Below are positions 10,648 through 19,605 of a stretch of 61,666 nucleotides of DNA, piece after piece. The notes below the pieces were generated by a model. The model saw nothing but the letters and a program-made list of their open reading frames with translations, did not search any database and was not told the DNA's origin. Source of the DNA: a virus (Duplodnaviria > Caudoviricetes); IMG/VR virus record IMGVR_UViG_3300031244_000002, positions 1-61,666 of that record. One strand, 5' to 3'. A program made the position numbers and the translations under genes. How positions within the stretch are numbered: the first letter of the stretch is position 1; each line of letters begins with the position of its first letter.

Positions 10648-10941
10648 ATGAAGTACACGTTAAAGGCACAGACGATAAATCTACTCAGGCAGGTAGTAAC
10701 ATGCCCTGGATGGACTAAGAAAATCGAGGATATATACCGGGGCGGTAAACTATTAGTCGAAAAACTTCCCGAGATAAAAGATGGCATTAATACCGATGAA
10801 CCGACTGAAATTGAACTCGATACCCAAGACCTAGAGATATGCAAGACTGCATTTGAGCATGCCCTATCTAAGGAATTCGTCCCCACCTCAAAGTGGACCA
10901 ATGACCTGATTGAGAAACTTGAGTTCATCTCTAAGAAATGA
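10648..10941 (+). CDS. Hypothetical protein (possible fibre chaperone)
   Basis: 97-aa charged ORF after tail fibre. Confidence 0.5.
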   Translation: MKYTLKAQTINLLRQVVTCPGWTKKIEDIYRGGKLLVEKLPEIKDGINTDEPTEIELDTQDLEICKTAFEHALSKEFVPTSKWTNDLIEKLEFISKK

Positions 10942-11510
10942 ACCCAGACGGCACAGCAGATCTTAATTTGATATCTTTCTGCGGGCCAGAAGATAACTAT
11001 AAAGTCTTCATCACAAAAGAACCGATCGGCTGTAAACTGGCATGCTACACTGCTGCATTAAAATTCACATCCAAGGTCAATGGTATATACGGAAGATTTA
11101 CTGACGTCATTGGTGGTATAGAGTCGACCGTCGATTGCAACAATCAATCATCGTACATAAACCTTTCGGCAGACCTCTGGGATATCTCCCAGACAAAATA
11201 CGGGTTCACCAATAAAGGCAGCTGCAATCACAACTCATTCACCGGTCTTGTTCGAGGTCATGGCAAGGAAGTTGATTTCGATCAGGACAATTGGAGTGAT
11301 CAATGTCACGAGCCATGCAAAGGCACTGTTCTTGCACTTATCAGCGAGGATAAGAAACCAATCCGCGTCCGCTACATCTATAATAAACCAGACTTTAAAC
11401 CGGGAACCGGCCCATATCGCTTCGTCTTTCCATGGCCTTGGCTACCAGTTCCTCGCTCATGGATTGGCATGATCTTCAACCAACTCAGACGTCTCGGGTT
11501 CTTCAAATGA
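10938..11510 (+). CDS. Hypothetical protein
   Basis: 190 aa, ATGA overlaps on both sides. Confidence 0.55.
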   Translation: MNPDGTADLNLISFCGPEDNYKVFITKEPIGCKLACYTAALKFTSKVNGIYGRFTDVIGGIESTVDCNNQSSYINLSADLWDISQTKYGFTNKGSCNHNSFTGLVRGHGKEVDFDQDNWSDQCHEPCKGTVLALISEDKKPIRVRYIYNKPDFKPGTGPYRFVFPWPWLPVPRSWIGMIFNQLRRLGFFK

Positions 11511-12418
11511 AAAAATCAACTCGTGGTGTAGTAGATCCTGTAACATGGGCCGTGATTGGCCTAATCGCCGTTGGAAGCTGGGCCTACGTCAAAGTCTTTG
11601 AACCAGGCCGAAATAAAAAAGTAGCCGATAAGATCGCGGTCGCTACCGAGAAGGCCAACAAAGAAGCAGAAGCAGCCAAGGCTTTATCAATCGAGCTCCA
11701 AAAGTCAGTGCAGGCCATGGCCGACGCACACGCTCAGGAGACAAAAACCGAACAGAAGATGCGCGCTAATGCCGCTGACTTCAATGGTCAGAACAAAGCC
11801 GTCCTAGCTGCTGATCCAAATCCATCGCCATACACTCTGATCGCAATAGGGCTGTGTGATTCCGTAGATCAGTCTCTCGGCATCCAGTCGACAGCTGAAC
11901 AGCGCCTAGAGTGGAGCAAACGTGTTATCCCGCTACTCCAGCACAATGCCGAAATAGAGAAACTCCTTGCCCAAAAGACTGCTGAAGCCGCGGCGCTTTC
12001 CGCCAGTCTTAAGGCCGAGCACGAACATGCCGTTGCATCAGATGCCCACGCTGCCACACTTGCGAAAGCAAACACAGCCAACGTAGCCACGATAGCTACG
12101 ATTACTGCAAAGGCCGAGAAGTTGGCGGGAGAGAACGCTAACTGGGCAGCCGGAACGCTTGACTGGAAAGGACGATTAAAAGCTGCAGTGATTGGCCTTT
12201 GTGTGTTGGGTGTACTACTTTTCATCTTATCATGGAGATACCGAGGGAAGGATAAGACCCTAACCGATTCAGTTGCGCTCGGTGAATTCATAAAGACTCA
12301 GGCCATAGGTGCCGGCCACAAAGCCGAAGAACTAGAGACAAAAATAAAGGACTGGATGCAAGGCGATCACGCTGGCATGGCAGCCATTGACAAAGTAAAA
12401 GAAAAACTTCGGATTTAG
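11507..12418 (+). CDS. Two-TM coiled-coil membrane protein (spanin-like?)
   Basis: N-terminal TM (VTWAVIGLIAVGSWAYV), Ala-rich coiled coil, second TM; start moved to 11507. Confidence 0.5.
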   Translation: MKKSTRGVVDPVTWAVIGLIAVGSWAYVKVFEPGRNKKVADKIAVATEKANKEAEAAKALSIELQKSVQAMADAHAQETKTEQKMRANAADFNGQNKAVLAADPNPSPYTLIAIGLCDSVDQSLGIQSTAEQRLEWSKRVIPLLQHNAEIEKLLAQKTAEAAALSASLKAEHEHAVASDAHAATLAKANTANVATIATITAKAEKLAGENANWAAGTLDWKGRLKAAVIGLCVLGVLLFILSWRYRGKDKTLTDSVALGEFIKTQAIGAGHKAEELETKIKDWMQGDHAGMAAIDKVKEKLRI

Positions 12419-12469
12419 CTATCGATCTTTCCGCCCTCCAGCACAGCATGACCAGCAACCCCAAAAGCA

Positions 12470-12835
12470 ATGTCCGAACAAGAAGAAGTCGATGACTCCG
12501 ATCTTACAACGCCACTTATAAAACCGGAGTCCTTTGAGTTTTCGCCAAGCGTACCGGCGTCAGATATTGCTGACTTCAACAAGCGCGACCAAAAATTACT
12601 CCTCGGATTTTATGTTATCGCTCAAAAGGTCGATCGCCTTATCCAAGCCACGATCGAGACAAATCGCCAACAACGTAAATTCGAAGCCGATCTCATCGAG
12701 GTTCGTCGCTGGAAGAAAACGCTCACAATGCGCTACACACTTTACTCAGGCATTGCTGTGTTTATTGTTACCACGATGGGTAGCGGAATTCTGTCAAAGA
12801 TCGCCGATGCAATCATGTCTAAATTCTTTCCCTAA
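12470..12835 (+). CDS. Membrane protein, possible holin/XhlA-like
   Basis: Coiled coil followed by C-terminal hydrophobic segment. Confidence 0.4.
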   Translation: MSEQEEVDDSDLTTPLIKPESFEFSPSVPASDIADFNKRDQKLLLGFYVIAQKVDRLIQATIETNRQQRKFEADLIEVRRWKKTLTMRYTLYSGIAVFIVTTMGSGILSKIADAIMSKFFP

Positions 12836-12836
12836 T

Positions 12837-13319
12837 ATGGTCCCAACCAACACAGTTCAATTGATCGACGATCTAGTCCGACACTGGATACTTCCACCCG
12901 AGATACTGATCGTTGATGACGACGACATCCTTTGCGATGTTTTGAGAAAGATAATTTCGTCTTTTGGTTTGAGCGTTACGACGGCCACGACCGGAGCACT
13001 TGCGGTCGAGCATTATCAAAAAATGTATGAGCGAAGATTCCAGGATAGCGGGGCTACAACGCACCCCTACGATTTAATCTTCCTCGATATGAGACTGCCG
13101 GATTCCAGTGGGATGGAAGTTCTTCAGAAGATCCGCAAGCTTTGGCCACCGCAACCAGTTGTACTTATCTCAGGTCATTTTACGAATATCACCGGGATAA
13201 CCGAAAATGGTCCGGTATGCATCGATGAGAAACCAATTACCATCGATAGCGTTCGACTGGCCTTAGCCATGCACAACATTCGGATGCCCGCCAACCTTCA
13301 CTCCCCGAGCAAGCTGTGA
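12837..13319 (+). CDS. Single-domain response regulator receiver (CheY-like)
   Basis: ILIVDDD acidic pocket, YDLIFLDMRLP phospho-Asp, VVLISG, EKP; start moved to ATG 12837. Confidence 0.85.
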   Translation: MVPTNTVQLIDDLVRHWILPPEILIVDDDDILCDVLRKIISSFGLSVTTATTGALAVEHYQKMYERRFQDSGATTHPYDLIFLDMRLPDSSGMEVLQKIRKLWPPQPVVLISGHFTNITGITENGPVCIDEKPITIDSVRLALAMHNIRMPANLHSPSKL

Positions 13320-13577
13320 TTTGCAGGTAGTTTCTTCGCGCGACATCATAACAGAGATCTCTTCGTACTCTTTTATAATCCTCCGAAGGATCTCGCGTTC
13401 TTCATGTGAGCACTTATCGGCAGGATCGTTACGGAAGCGCGTCTCATAGGCTCTCATCTTTTCAGATAGCCTGCGCATGAAATACCTAGTAAATGGTTCA
13501 AAGCGCTGCAGCTGACCGATATCAATCAAGTCCTGACGCGCTCGCTCATCTGCCAGTGATTTTTCGTCGACTTCCAT
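13263..13577 (-). CDS. Hypothetical protein
   Basis: 104-aa ORF coupled to upstream minus-strand gene. Confidence 0.55.
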   Translation of the reverse strand: MEVDEKSLADERARQDLIDIGQLQRFEPFTRYFMRRLSEKMRAYETRFRNDPADKCSHEEREILRRIIKEYEEISVMMSREETTCKSQLARGVKVGGHPNVVHG

Positions 13578-13840
13578 TAGATTGGGATACTGCGTGACCG
13601 ATGCTCTGCCATGATCTGTGCGAACTCCTCCTCATTCTTCGCCATCAGTGCACTTCGTTCCTCTGGGCTGAGCTCATCCCAGATCGCCTTGGCTGCATTC
13701 GCGCAGGCCTTACAGGTATTAGGACGACGCTTATGGCCGGTAAAAACATTATTACACGAGGTGCAAACATGCGAATAACACCCATTATCCTCATCTGATA
13801 AATCCTCCGGCCAATCGCGAGCAGATCCAGATTGTATCAT
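13577..13840 (-). CDS. Zn-finger-containing hypothetical protein
   Basis: CTSC...CKAC; ATG 13840 overlaps stop of HTH gene. Confidence 0.55.
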   Translation of the reverse strand: MIQSGSARDWPEDLSDEDNGCYSHVCTSCNNVFTGHKRRPNTCKACANAAKAIWDELSPEERSALMAKNEEEFAQIMAEHRSRSIPI

Positions 13841-14049
13841 GTTATCAGTGGGATATCGAAATACCCAAGATTCCGGCACAACGTGATATATACTGGCATC
13901 GACGGCCAGTTATTCCCGGCTTCGATATTTGCCAGTGTTTTGTTTGAAATTTTCAGGTCTTCAGCGAAATCGATCTGAGTAATCCCAAGATTCGCACGTC
14001 GTTTCTTTACCTGATTGGCTAGTGCTTTCAGTTCGGTATTTCGGCGCAT
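13837..14049 (-). CDS. XRE/Cro-family HTH regulator (start codon now supplied by IS end)
   Basis: VKKRRANLGITQIDFAEDLKISNKTLANIEAG HTH_3 pattern. Confidence 0.85.
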   Translation of the reverse strand: MRRNTELKALANQVKKRRANLGITQIDFAEDLKISNKTLANIEAGNNWPSMPVYITLCRNLGYFDIPLIT

Positions 14050-14082
14050 TGGGTTGATACGTCAGATTTCTGGGTTGATCGG

Positions 14083-14910
14083 TCATGTGGTATGATCATG
14101 TCCAACTTCGGTTGTTTGGGTTGATGGCTGATATTCGACGGAGCAACCGCAGCCGCCCCATTCGAGTTCGTCATAGGTTTTACCGGCTTCGATCTTCTCT
14201 CTGAGTTGGCGAAGCGTGAGTGTTGATGTGATGCCGCCTGAACGGTCTTTCATTATCGAAACGTCTTTGCCGATTCGGTCACGAAAGGCCTGCTCACGAA
14301 GCTCGTGATATTTGAATCGGCCCGGCATCTTTCTGAGGAGGTGCGCAAAGTGAGCCTGACCTGCCTTTACGCAGAATCCTCCGCAGTTGTTATGGGGGAA
14401 GCCCATGGCATAGAGCCGAGGGAGCGTGATCCCGGTTTTAGCCAGCTCACACATCATGCGCCCCTTGTCCCATATCGGCTCCCACATCATTGGTGCCTCA
14501 ATCCTCCAGCCAGGCAAAGCGGCTCGCATCCTTTCCAGCCGATGGCCCTCAGTCCAGTCTAGGCCAACGAAGATGGTTGTGGACATCTCATAACAGTTTG
14601 CCCTCCGCCATTTATCCATCAGCTCTTGTTTTAGAACCTTTGAACAGCGAGAGACTCGGCTATTGCCCATCATGTCCTCATCTTCAAAAAGCTGCCACGG
14701 ATCGCGCCCGTCGCTGATCACGGTAAGCGGGACGCCATGATACCTTGTCGATTCGTTTAGGAACTCGTAAAGGCCCTCATCCTCCATCAGTGTATCGGCA
14801 AATAGCCGAGTGACGTTGGACTTTCCGTATCGTTCGATGACGCGGTGCAAAGTCCAGAAAGAGCATAGCCCTCCGCTGTCATTTACGATAAGCTGTTGTT
14901 CAAAATCCAT
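14083..14910 (-). CDS. PAPS-reductase / adenine nucleotide alpha-hydrolase family protein (IS passenger)
   Basis: N-terminal SGG..S PP-loop, FADT..ED, GF.HNNCGGFCVK and GGCGC Cys motifs. Confidence 0.75.
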   Translation of the reverse strand: MDFEQQLIVNDSGGLCSFWTLHRVIERYGKSNVTRLFADTLMEDEGLYEFLNESTRYHGVPLTVISDGRDPWQLFEDEDMMGNSRVSRCSKVLKQELMDKWRRANCYEMSTTIFVGLDWTEGHRLERMRAALPGWRIEAPMMWEPIWDKGRMMCELAKTGITLPRLYAMGFPHNNCGGFCVKAGQAHFAHLLRKMPGRFKYHELREQAFRDRIGKDVSIMKDRSGGITSTLTLRQLREKIEAGKTYDELEWGGCGCSVEYQPSTQTTEVGHDHTT

Positions 14911-16213
14911 GTTAAATCTCGAAGGAATTACGGTTGAGAACCGCGCCGAGACCCCGACGCAGTATGACTACATTGTGCGAGCGACTACCCAGCCGCCGCC
15001 CTGTTGCCTGACGCCTCCCGTCCGCAATGGGACGAAGCGCGTGAAATACCTCGACCTGCCCATGCATGGCCGCCACGTCGTCATCTGGGCCGACCGGCAA
15101 CGCTTCAAGTGCAAGAGTTGCGGGAAGACGCTGTATCAGCCGATCCCGAACATGAATGACACGAACATGATGACCCAGCGCCTGGTTGACTACGTCATCA
15201 AGCGTTCGATGGAGACTCAGTTCACGGCCATGGCTCGCGAGCTGGGCGTCAACGAATCGACCGTCCGCCGTATCTTCCGACGCTTCGCCAAGGTGCAATT
15301 GGAGCGCCTGAACATCGAGACACCGGAGTGGATGGGCTTGGACGAGATCCACATCCTGTCGAAGTTCCGTGGCGTCGTGACCAACGTGAAGGAACGCACG
15401 CTGGTTGAAATGCTGCCCGGCCGCAGCAAGAAGAACATCATCGCCTACCTCGCAGGCATCAAAGACAAGGAGCGAATCAAGGTGGTTACCATGGACATGT
15501 GGACGCCCTACAAGGACGCTGTCCACGAGGTGTTGCCCCATGCGAAGATCGTCGTGGACAAGTTCCACGTTGTGCGGATGGCCAACGAGGCCATGGAGCG
15601 CATCCGTAAAGCTCACCGACTCACACTGCCGACCAAGAGTCGGCTGCAACTGAAGGATGATCGCTGGATCTTGCTGCACAACGAAGAGGACATCCCGGCT
15701 TTCAAGCGGATGATCATGGAGACGTGGTTTGACCGATTCCCGGACCTCAAGGACGGGCACGCGGCCAAGGAGTCCTTCCGTGCGATCTGGACCGCTGCCA
15801 CCGTAGACGACGCAAAGGCACGCTACGATAAGTGGAATGACCAACTGCCCGACTCGTGTGCCGATGCCTTCATTGACCTCAGAATCGCCATGCGCAACTG
15901 GCGTGAGGAGATCTTTAACCACTTCGAGTTCCGAATCACGAACGCCTACACTGAGGCAATCAACGGCATTGCTCGCATCGTGAATCGTGCTGGTCGCGGC
16001 TACAGCTTCGAGGTGCTTCGTGCCAAGATGCTTCTTAACCACGCCAACCACAAAATTGAGCACGGTGGCGGCATGACTATGAAGAAGCCGATGAAGCTCG
16101 GCATAACGCTGCCAATAGCCTTTGGCATACCCTTCTGGAAGCTCACGGACCCCCGCAGGATGAAGCTGAATCAACCTTATATACTGCCCGACTGGTGGCT
16201 GTTGGAAGTTTAA
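14909..16213 (+). CDS. ISL3-family transposase
   Basis: Zn finger (QRFKCKSC), ARELGV.ESTVRRIF HTH, GLDE, TMDMW.PY, VVDKFHVV, TNAYTEAIN motifs; GC-richer than flanks. Confidence 0.92.
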   Translation: MLNLEGITVENRAETPTQYDYIVRATTQPPPCCLTPPVRNGTKRVKYLDLPMHGRHVVIWADRQRFKCKSCGKTLYQPIPNMNDTNMMTQRLVDYVIKRSMETQFTAMARELGVNESTVRRIFRRFAKVQLERLNIETPEWMGLDEIHILSKFRGVVTNVKERTLVEMLPGRSKKNIIAYLAGIKDKERIKVVTMDMWTPYKDAVHEVLPHAKIVVDKFHVVRMANEAMERIRKAHRLTLPTKSRLQLKDDRWILLHNEEDIPAFKRMIMETWFDRFPDLKDGHAAKESFRAIWTAATVDDAKARYDKWNDQLPDSCADAFIDLRIAMRNWREEIFNHFEFRITNAYTEAINGIARIVNRAGRGYSFEVLRAKMLLNHANHKIEHGGGMTMKKPMKLGITLPIAFGIPFWKLTDPRRMKLNQPYILPDWWLLEV

Positions 16214-16240
16214 CATATCAACCCTTTTTGCCGATTAGCC

Positions 16241-16269
16241 TTCAGTTCTTCTTTACCTGCTTTTGGCAT
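16241..16269 (-). pseudogene. Original 5' end (MPKAGKEEL) of the IS-interrupted HTH gene
   Basis: Removing the IS and one TSD copy gives in-frame MPKAGKEELKALANQVKKRR... Confidence 0.75.
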
Positions 16270-16295
16270 GTCGTTACGATGGTGCATTAAAAAAG

Positions 16296-16313
16296 ATTCC
16301 CGTCAAACGAGAA
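16296..16313 (-). promoter_or_regulatory. 18-bp repeated promoter/operator motif, copy 1
   Basis: TTCTCGTTTGACGGGAAT (17/18 to other copies), contains -35-like TTGACG, just upstream of original HTH start. Confidence 0.6.
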
Positions 16314-16606
16314 TATTTTAACAAATGCGGCGATTAAGCTTGTCTCGTGTGGCGAGAACCTATGCGATTCCGCAATCAGGCTGCGACGCCCGTGATTTTG
16401 TCTATCATGCATTTTCTAGTCCCAACTATCAGAAAAACCACTACCCTACGTGTAGAGGTTTCCATTACTTCCCGGTCCCGTGTATCAACGCCTAGCGTTG
16501 AGGCTTACCGAAATCAGGTAGGCCGTTGTGCGTCGCAGCCCTACACGGGGCTGGGCCGATTTTCCAAGCAACACTAACGTTAAATGAACTTCCAGCCTAT
16601 CTTCTA

Positions 16607-18334
16607 ATGAGTGGGATACCCTCAGACCTTGAAGTAGATTTTGGAGACGATACTCCGCCCCAAGCCCCACAACCAAGCGTAAGATTTGAAGATCTTCCGC
16701 CATTGGCTAAGCCTCCTCGCGTGCCCAGGTCGGCCGGTAAAAACGGTACAACCGAACCAGGCCGATCACTACCACATAGCGTAGAGGCCGAAGAGTACTT
16801 GCTTTCGTGCATCCTACTAGACGGATCGGACACGATGAAGAAATGTCTCGATGAGCGGTTAACCGAGGAGATGTATTACAGTCCAGCTAACCGTCTTGTC
16901 TATGAGGTATACCAAGGTCTTTACAATAAAAAGTCCCCGATTGATCTGGCAATAGTTTACGAGGAATTGAAACAAGCCGGGACGCTAGACGAGATTGGTG
17001 GGCTAGCTTTTCTAACCCAGATAAGTCAATGTGTTCCTACGATCGCCCAGACAGGCTACTTCATAAAAAAGGTTAAAGATCTGCATGTGATGAGGCGGGC
17101 GATCAAAGAGGCGACATCGACTGTCGAACGTGCCTACCAATTTAGCGGAGATTCAGATGAATTTATCGAGGACGCTCAGCTTAGGTTTAAAAGCATTGCT
17201 GATAGTTCGTTATCTCCAGCTCGATTAAAAAATCGAGGACTATTCGATTTTCCACTGGCAAAAGATAAAGACGATTCGATATTGCTCGGGAATCGGTATC
17301 TTAATCGTGGTGATGGCGCAATTCTCGTATCCACATCGGGAATGGGGAAGTCATCGATGACCATCCAGATGGCTACCGAGCTAGCGCTAAATTTAGGGCC
17401 ATTTGGTATCTACGGTAACGGTCCGCTACGCAGCCTGATCATTCAATCTGAAGACTCTGATGGTGACGTTGCAGAGGTAGCCTACTCGATGCGTCAGGTC
17501 CTACAGCTGACATCAGAACAAGTCGACCAGGTGAACTCAATGGTCAGGATAGTCACCGATCGCGTGAACCGTGGCACAAGATTCCTCACCGAGCTCAAGA
17601 AACAGATCGCCCAATTTAAACCAGATATAGTATTCATAAATCCACTACAGGCATTCATGGATGGCGACGTAACAGACGGGAGAGATCTTGGTACATTCTT
17701 GCGTGAGGGATTAAATAGCCTCAACGAACCGCCGACATTCGGCTACATCGTAGTCCATCACACAACAAAACCAGCTACTGGGAAAGAGAAGTCAGAGCGA
17801 CTTTGGCATGAGGTAATGTACGACATGGCTGGAGGAGCAGAACTGATCAACTGGGCTCGGGCAATTATTTCATTACGGGCATCGGAGACAGAGGGGGATT
17901 ACAATCTCGTACTAGCCAAGCGTGGCCGGAGGGCAGGGGTTACAAAAGCAGTACCGCACGGCATGGGTACACGACTAGAACCAATAACCACGATTCCATT
18001 AAAGCATGCCACTGGACGCTACGAAATCGACGGAATCTCAAAGGGAATTCCACAGATATTCTGGGAACCACGCACACCACTTCCAGAAGAATCGAAACCA
18101 ACATCCCAGAAGGCACCACCAGACAAATATTTATTCAAGGACTTCCAGCTGGCATTCCCTAAGGCCAATGAACCAGGCCGATCGGTAAACGAAATCGGGC
18201 GCATTTTTGCTACCAATGGACTTCCATCACGTTACGAAAAAATCCTACCGATTCTATCTAAATTTTCAGAAGAAGGTTTCATCACCGAAACCATAACTAA
18301 CCAACGGAAAGTATATAACCTACGATCAATATGA
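16607..18334 (+). CDS. Replicative helicase-like protein: DnaB N-terminal domain + RepA/AAA_25-like ATPase + C-terminal winged helix
   Basis: LPHSVEAEEYLLSCILLD...PIDLAIVYEEL...GGLAFL (DnaB_N); Walker A STSGMGKSS; VVHHTTK; start moved to 16607. Confidence 0.8.
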   Translation: MSGIPSDLEVDFGDDTPPQAPQPSVRFEDLPPLAKPPRVPRSAGKNGTTEPGRSLPHSVEAEEYLLSCILLDGSDTMKKCLDERLTEEMYYSPANRLVYEVYQGLYNKKSPIDLAIVYEELKQAGTLDEIGGLAFLTQISQCVPTIAQTGYFIKKVKDLHVMRRAIKEATSTVERAYQFSGDSDEFIEDAQLRFKSIADSSLSPARLKNRGLFDFPLAKDKDDSILLGNRYLNRGDGAILVSTSGMGKSSMTIQMATELALNLGPFGIYGNGPLRSLIIQSEDSDGDVAEVAYSMRQVLQLTSEQVDQVNSMVRIVTDRVNRGTRFLTELKKQIAQFKPDIVFINPLQAFMDGDVTDGRDLGTFLREGLNSLNEPPTFGYIVVHHTTKPATGKEKSERLWHEVMYDMAGGAELINWARAIISLRASETEGDYNLVLAKRGRRAGVTKAVPHGMGTRLEPITTIPLKHATGRYEIDGISKGIPQIFWEPRTPLPEESKPTSQKAPPDKYLFKDFQLAFPKANEPGRSVNEIGRIFATNGLPSRYEKILPILSKFSEEGFITETITNQRKVYNLRSI

Positions 18335-18549
18335 GTGGCCCTAATCCAGGCAGCGCCACTAGTGCTGCTAAAATGAACCTACGATCTGGTGTAACAGATC
18401 CAGGAATCAAGATCTACGTCGAACATGGGCGTAAGGTCTCCTCCAACGAACTGAAGCGAGATGCAGAAAATGGCTCTAACTATTTCTGGAATAATCCAGA
18501 AAAACCATGGCGCTATGCCAATCGTCCGATTGAAATGAGGCGCTACTAA
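18331..18549 (+). CDS. Hypothetical protein
   Basis: ATGA-coupled to helicase. Confidence 0.45.
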   Translation: MSGPNPGSATSAAKMNLRSGVTDPGIKIYVEHGRKVSSNELKRDAENGSNYFWNNPEKPWRYANRPIEMRRY

Positions 18550-18836
18550 TGAACTACAACAAGGCTAAGATTATCACAGACGCGGCCGCAGATATCGGCA
18601 TGGCGCTCATCGGTAAAAAGACTGACGTAGATCTCGGATCAATCACGATCATTCGCAGTGTGTCGCTAGGCCAGATGGAGACGGCTGCTGATCAGATGAC
18701 GGCGGAGAATGTTGCATCCATCGCATCTGCGTCAGATCACCCGATCCACACCGTGTGCGATTCAAAGCTCCTTCAAAATGTGAAGCGCTACGCTGACAGC
18801 ATTAAAACCCCTCCCACCCAAAAGGGAGGGGCGTAA
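18549..18836 (+). CDS. Hypothetical protein
   Basis: TAATG-coupled. Confidence 0.5.
   Translation: MNYNKAKIITDAAADIGMALIGKKTDVDLGSITIIRSVSLGQMETAADQMTAENVASIASASDHPIHTVCDSKLLQNVKRYADSIKTPPTQKGGA
18804..18831 (-). terminator. Intrinsic terminator between convergent genes
   Basis: CCCCTCCC/GGGAGGGG stem with T-run on minus strand. Confidence 0.55.
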
Positions 18837-18838
18837 GA

Positions 18839-19246
18839 TTACGCTGCAGGTGGAGCAGGCGGCGTTAGCGCATCGAGCGCAGTTAGCTTGTCTGCGATTG
18901 CTTTGGTGCGAGCTTCAATGCCATCAAGCAACGCTTGATCAGCAGCGGTAATGGTTCCGGCTGAATTTTGCAGGGCTGTGATTTGGGAAGCGAGGTTTTT
19001 GACGTCATCGGATAATCCGGTGACAGCGGTATCGATTTGATCGTTGTGTGCATTTTGAGCAGTGGCGAAGTCTGATATGGCACTCATGAGTTTAGTTCCT
19101 ATTTCCTGCAGGTCTTGTTTTGAAGCAGCATCGGATCTAGACCTGTGAAATAATCCAGCTGCTGTTATGATTTTATCACCAAGCCTGTCTAGAGACTCTG
19201 CCAGTATATGGAGCGAATCTTTCTGGTGATGGTTGTGATCGGGCAT
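18839..19246 (-). CDS. Coiled-coil hypothetical protein
   Basis: Amphipathic Ala-rich C-terminal half ending PPAPPAA. Confidence 0.55.
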   Translation of the reverse strand: MPDHNHHQKDSLHILAESLDRLGDKIITAAGLFHRSRSDAASKQDLQEIGTKLMSAISDFATAQNAHNDQIDTAVTGLSDDVKNLASQITALQNSAGTITAADQALLDGIEARTKAIADKLTALDALTPPAPPAA

Positions 19247-19350
19247 GCGGCATAGTACGCCGGTTGACCATTTTGTTCGATGGGGTATAACCCGCCTTGA
19301 GTGGTACTACACCCTATGGCGATACCAAGCTACTCCTGATATCTTGCGCC

Positions 19351-19548
19351 ATGTCCATCATATCGCTTATCATCATCTTGGTCGTTATCGGGGTCATAAT
19401 GTGGCTCGTGAACACCAAGATCCCTATGGAAAATACGATCAAGCAGATCATCAACGTCGTCGTGATCATCGCTGTGTTAGTTTGGCTTTTATCAGTTTTC
19501 GGAGTCCTCGGTAACGTCAATGCCATCCGCGTGCCGCGCGCCAATTAA
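19351..19548 (+). CDS. Small two-TM membrane protein (Thivi_2564-like)
   Basis: MSIISLIIILVVIGVIMWLVNTKIPM...IINVVVIIAVLVWLLSVFG; start moved to 19351. Confidence 0.7.
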   Translation: MSIISLIIILVVIGVIMWLVNTKIPMENTIKQIINVVVIIAVLVWLLSVFGVLGNVNAIRVPRAN

Positions 19549-19582
19549 AAACTGAAACCCTGCCCCAGTTAAGAGGCAGGGT
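19547..19582 (-). terminator. Intrinsic terminator for PEP-CTERM/protease transcript
   Basis: ACCCTGCC/GGCAGGGT stem followed by TTTCAGTTTTT on minus strand. Confidence 0.55.
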
Positions 19583-19605
19583 CCTTCAGATAACCTGACC
19601 GTTCA

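Larger units (their letters stand above)
14035..16240 (+). mobile_element. ISL3-family element with passenger gene, 2206 bp
   Basis: Imperfect terminal IRs (GGTATTTCGGCGCATTGGGTTGATACG vs GGCTAATCGGCAAAAAGGGTTGATATG), 8-bp target duplication TTCAGTTC at 14027-14034 and 16241-16248, ISL3 transposase inside. Confidence 0.9.

Noticed and set aside
11507-11600. Type IV prepilin cleavage signal (KKSTRG/VVDPV)
   Set aside because: Lacks the usual Phe+1/Glu+5 residues; a plain signal anchor explains it
14912-16216. 434-aa ORF antisense to the transposase
   Set aside because: Codon-aligned shadow of a GC-rich gene with no recognisable motifs
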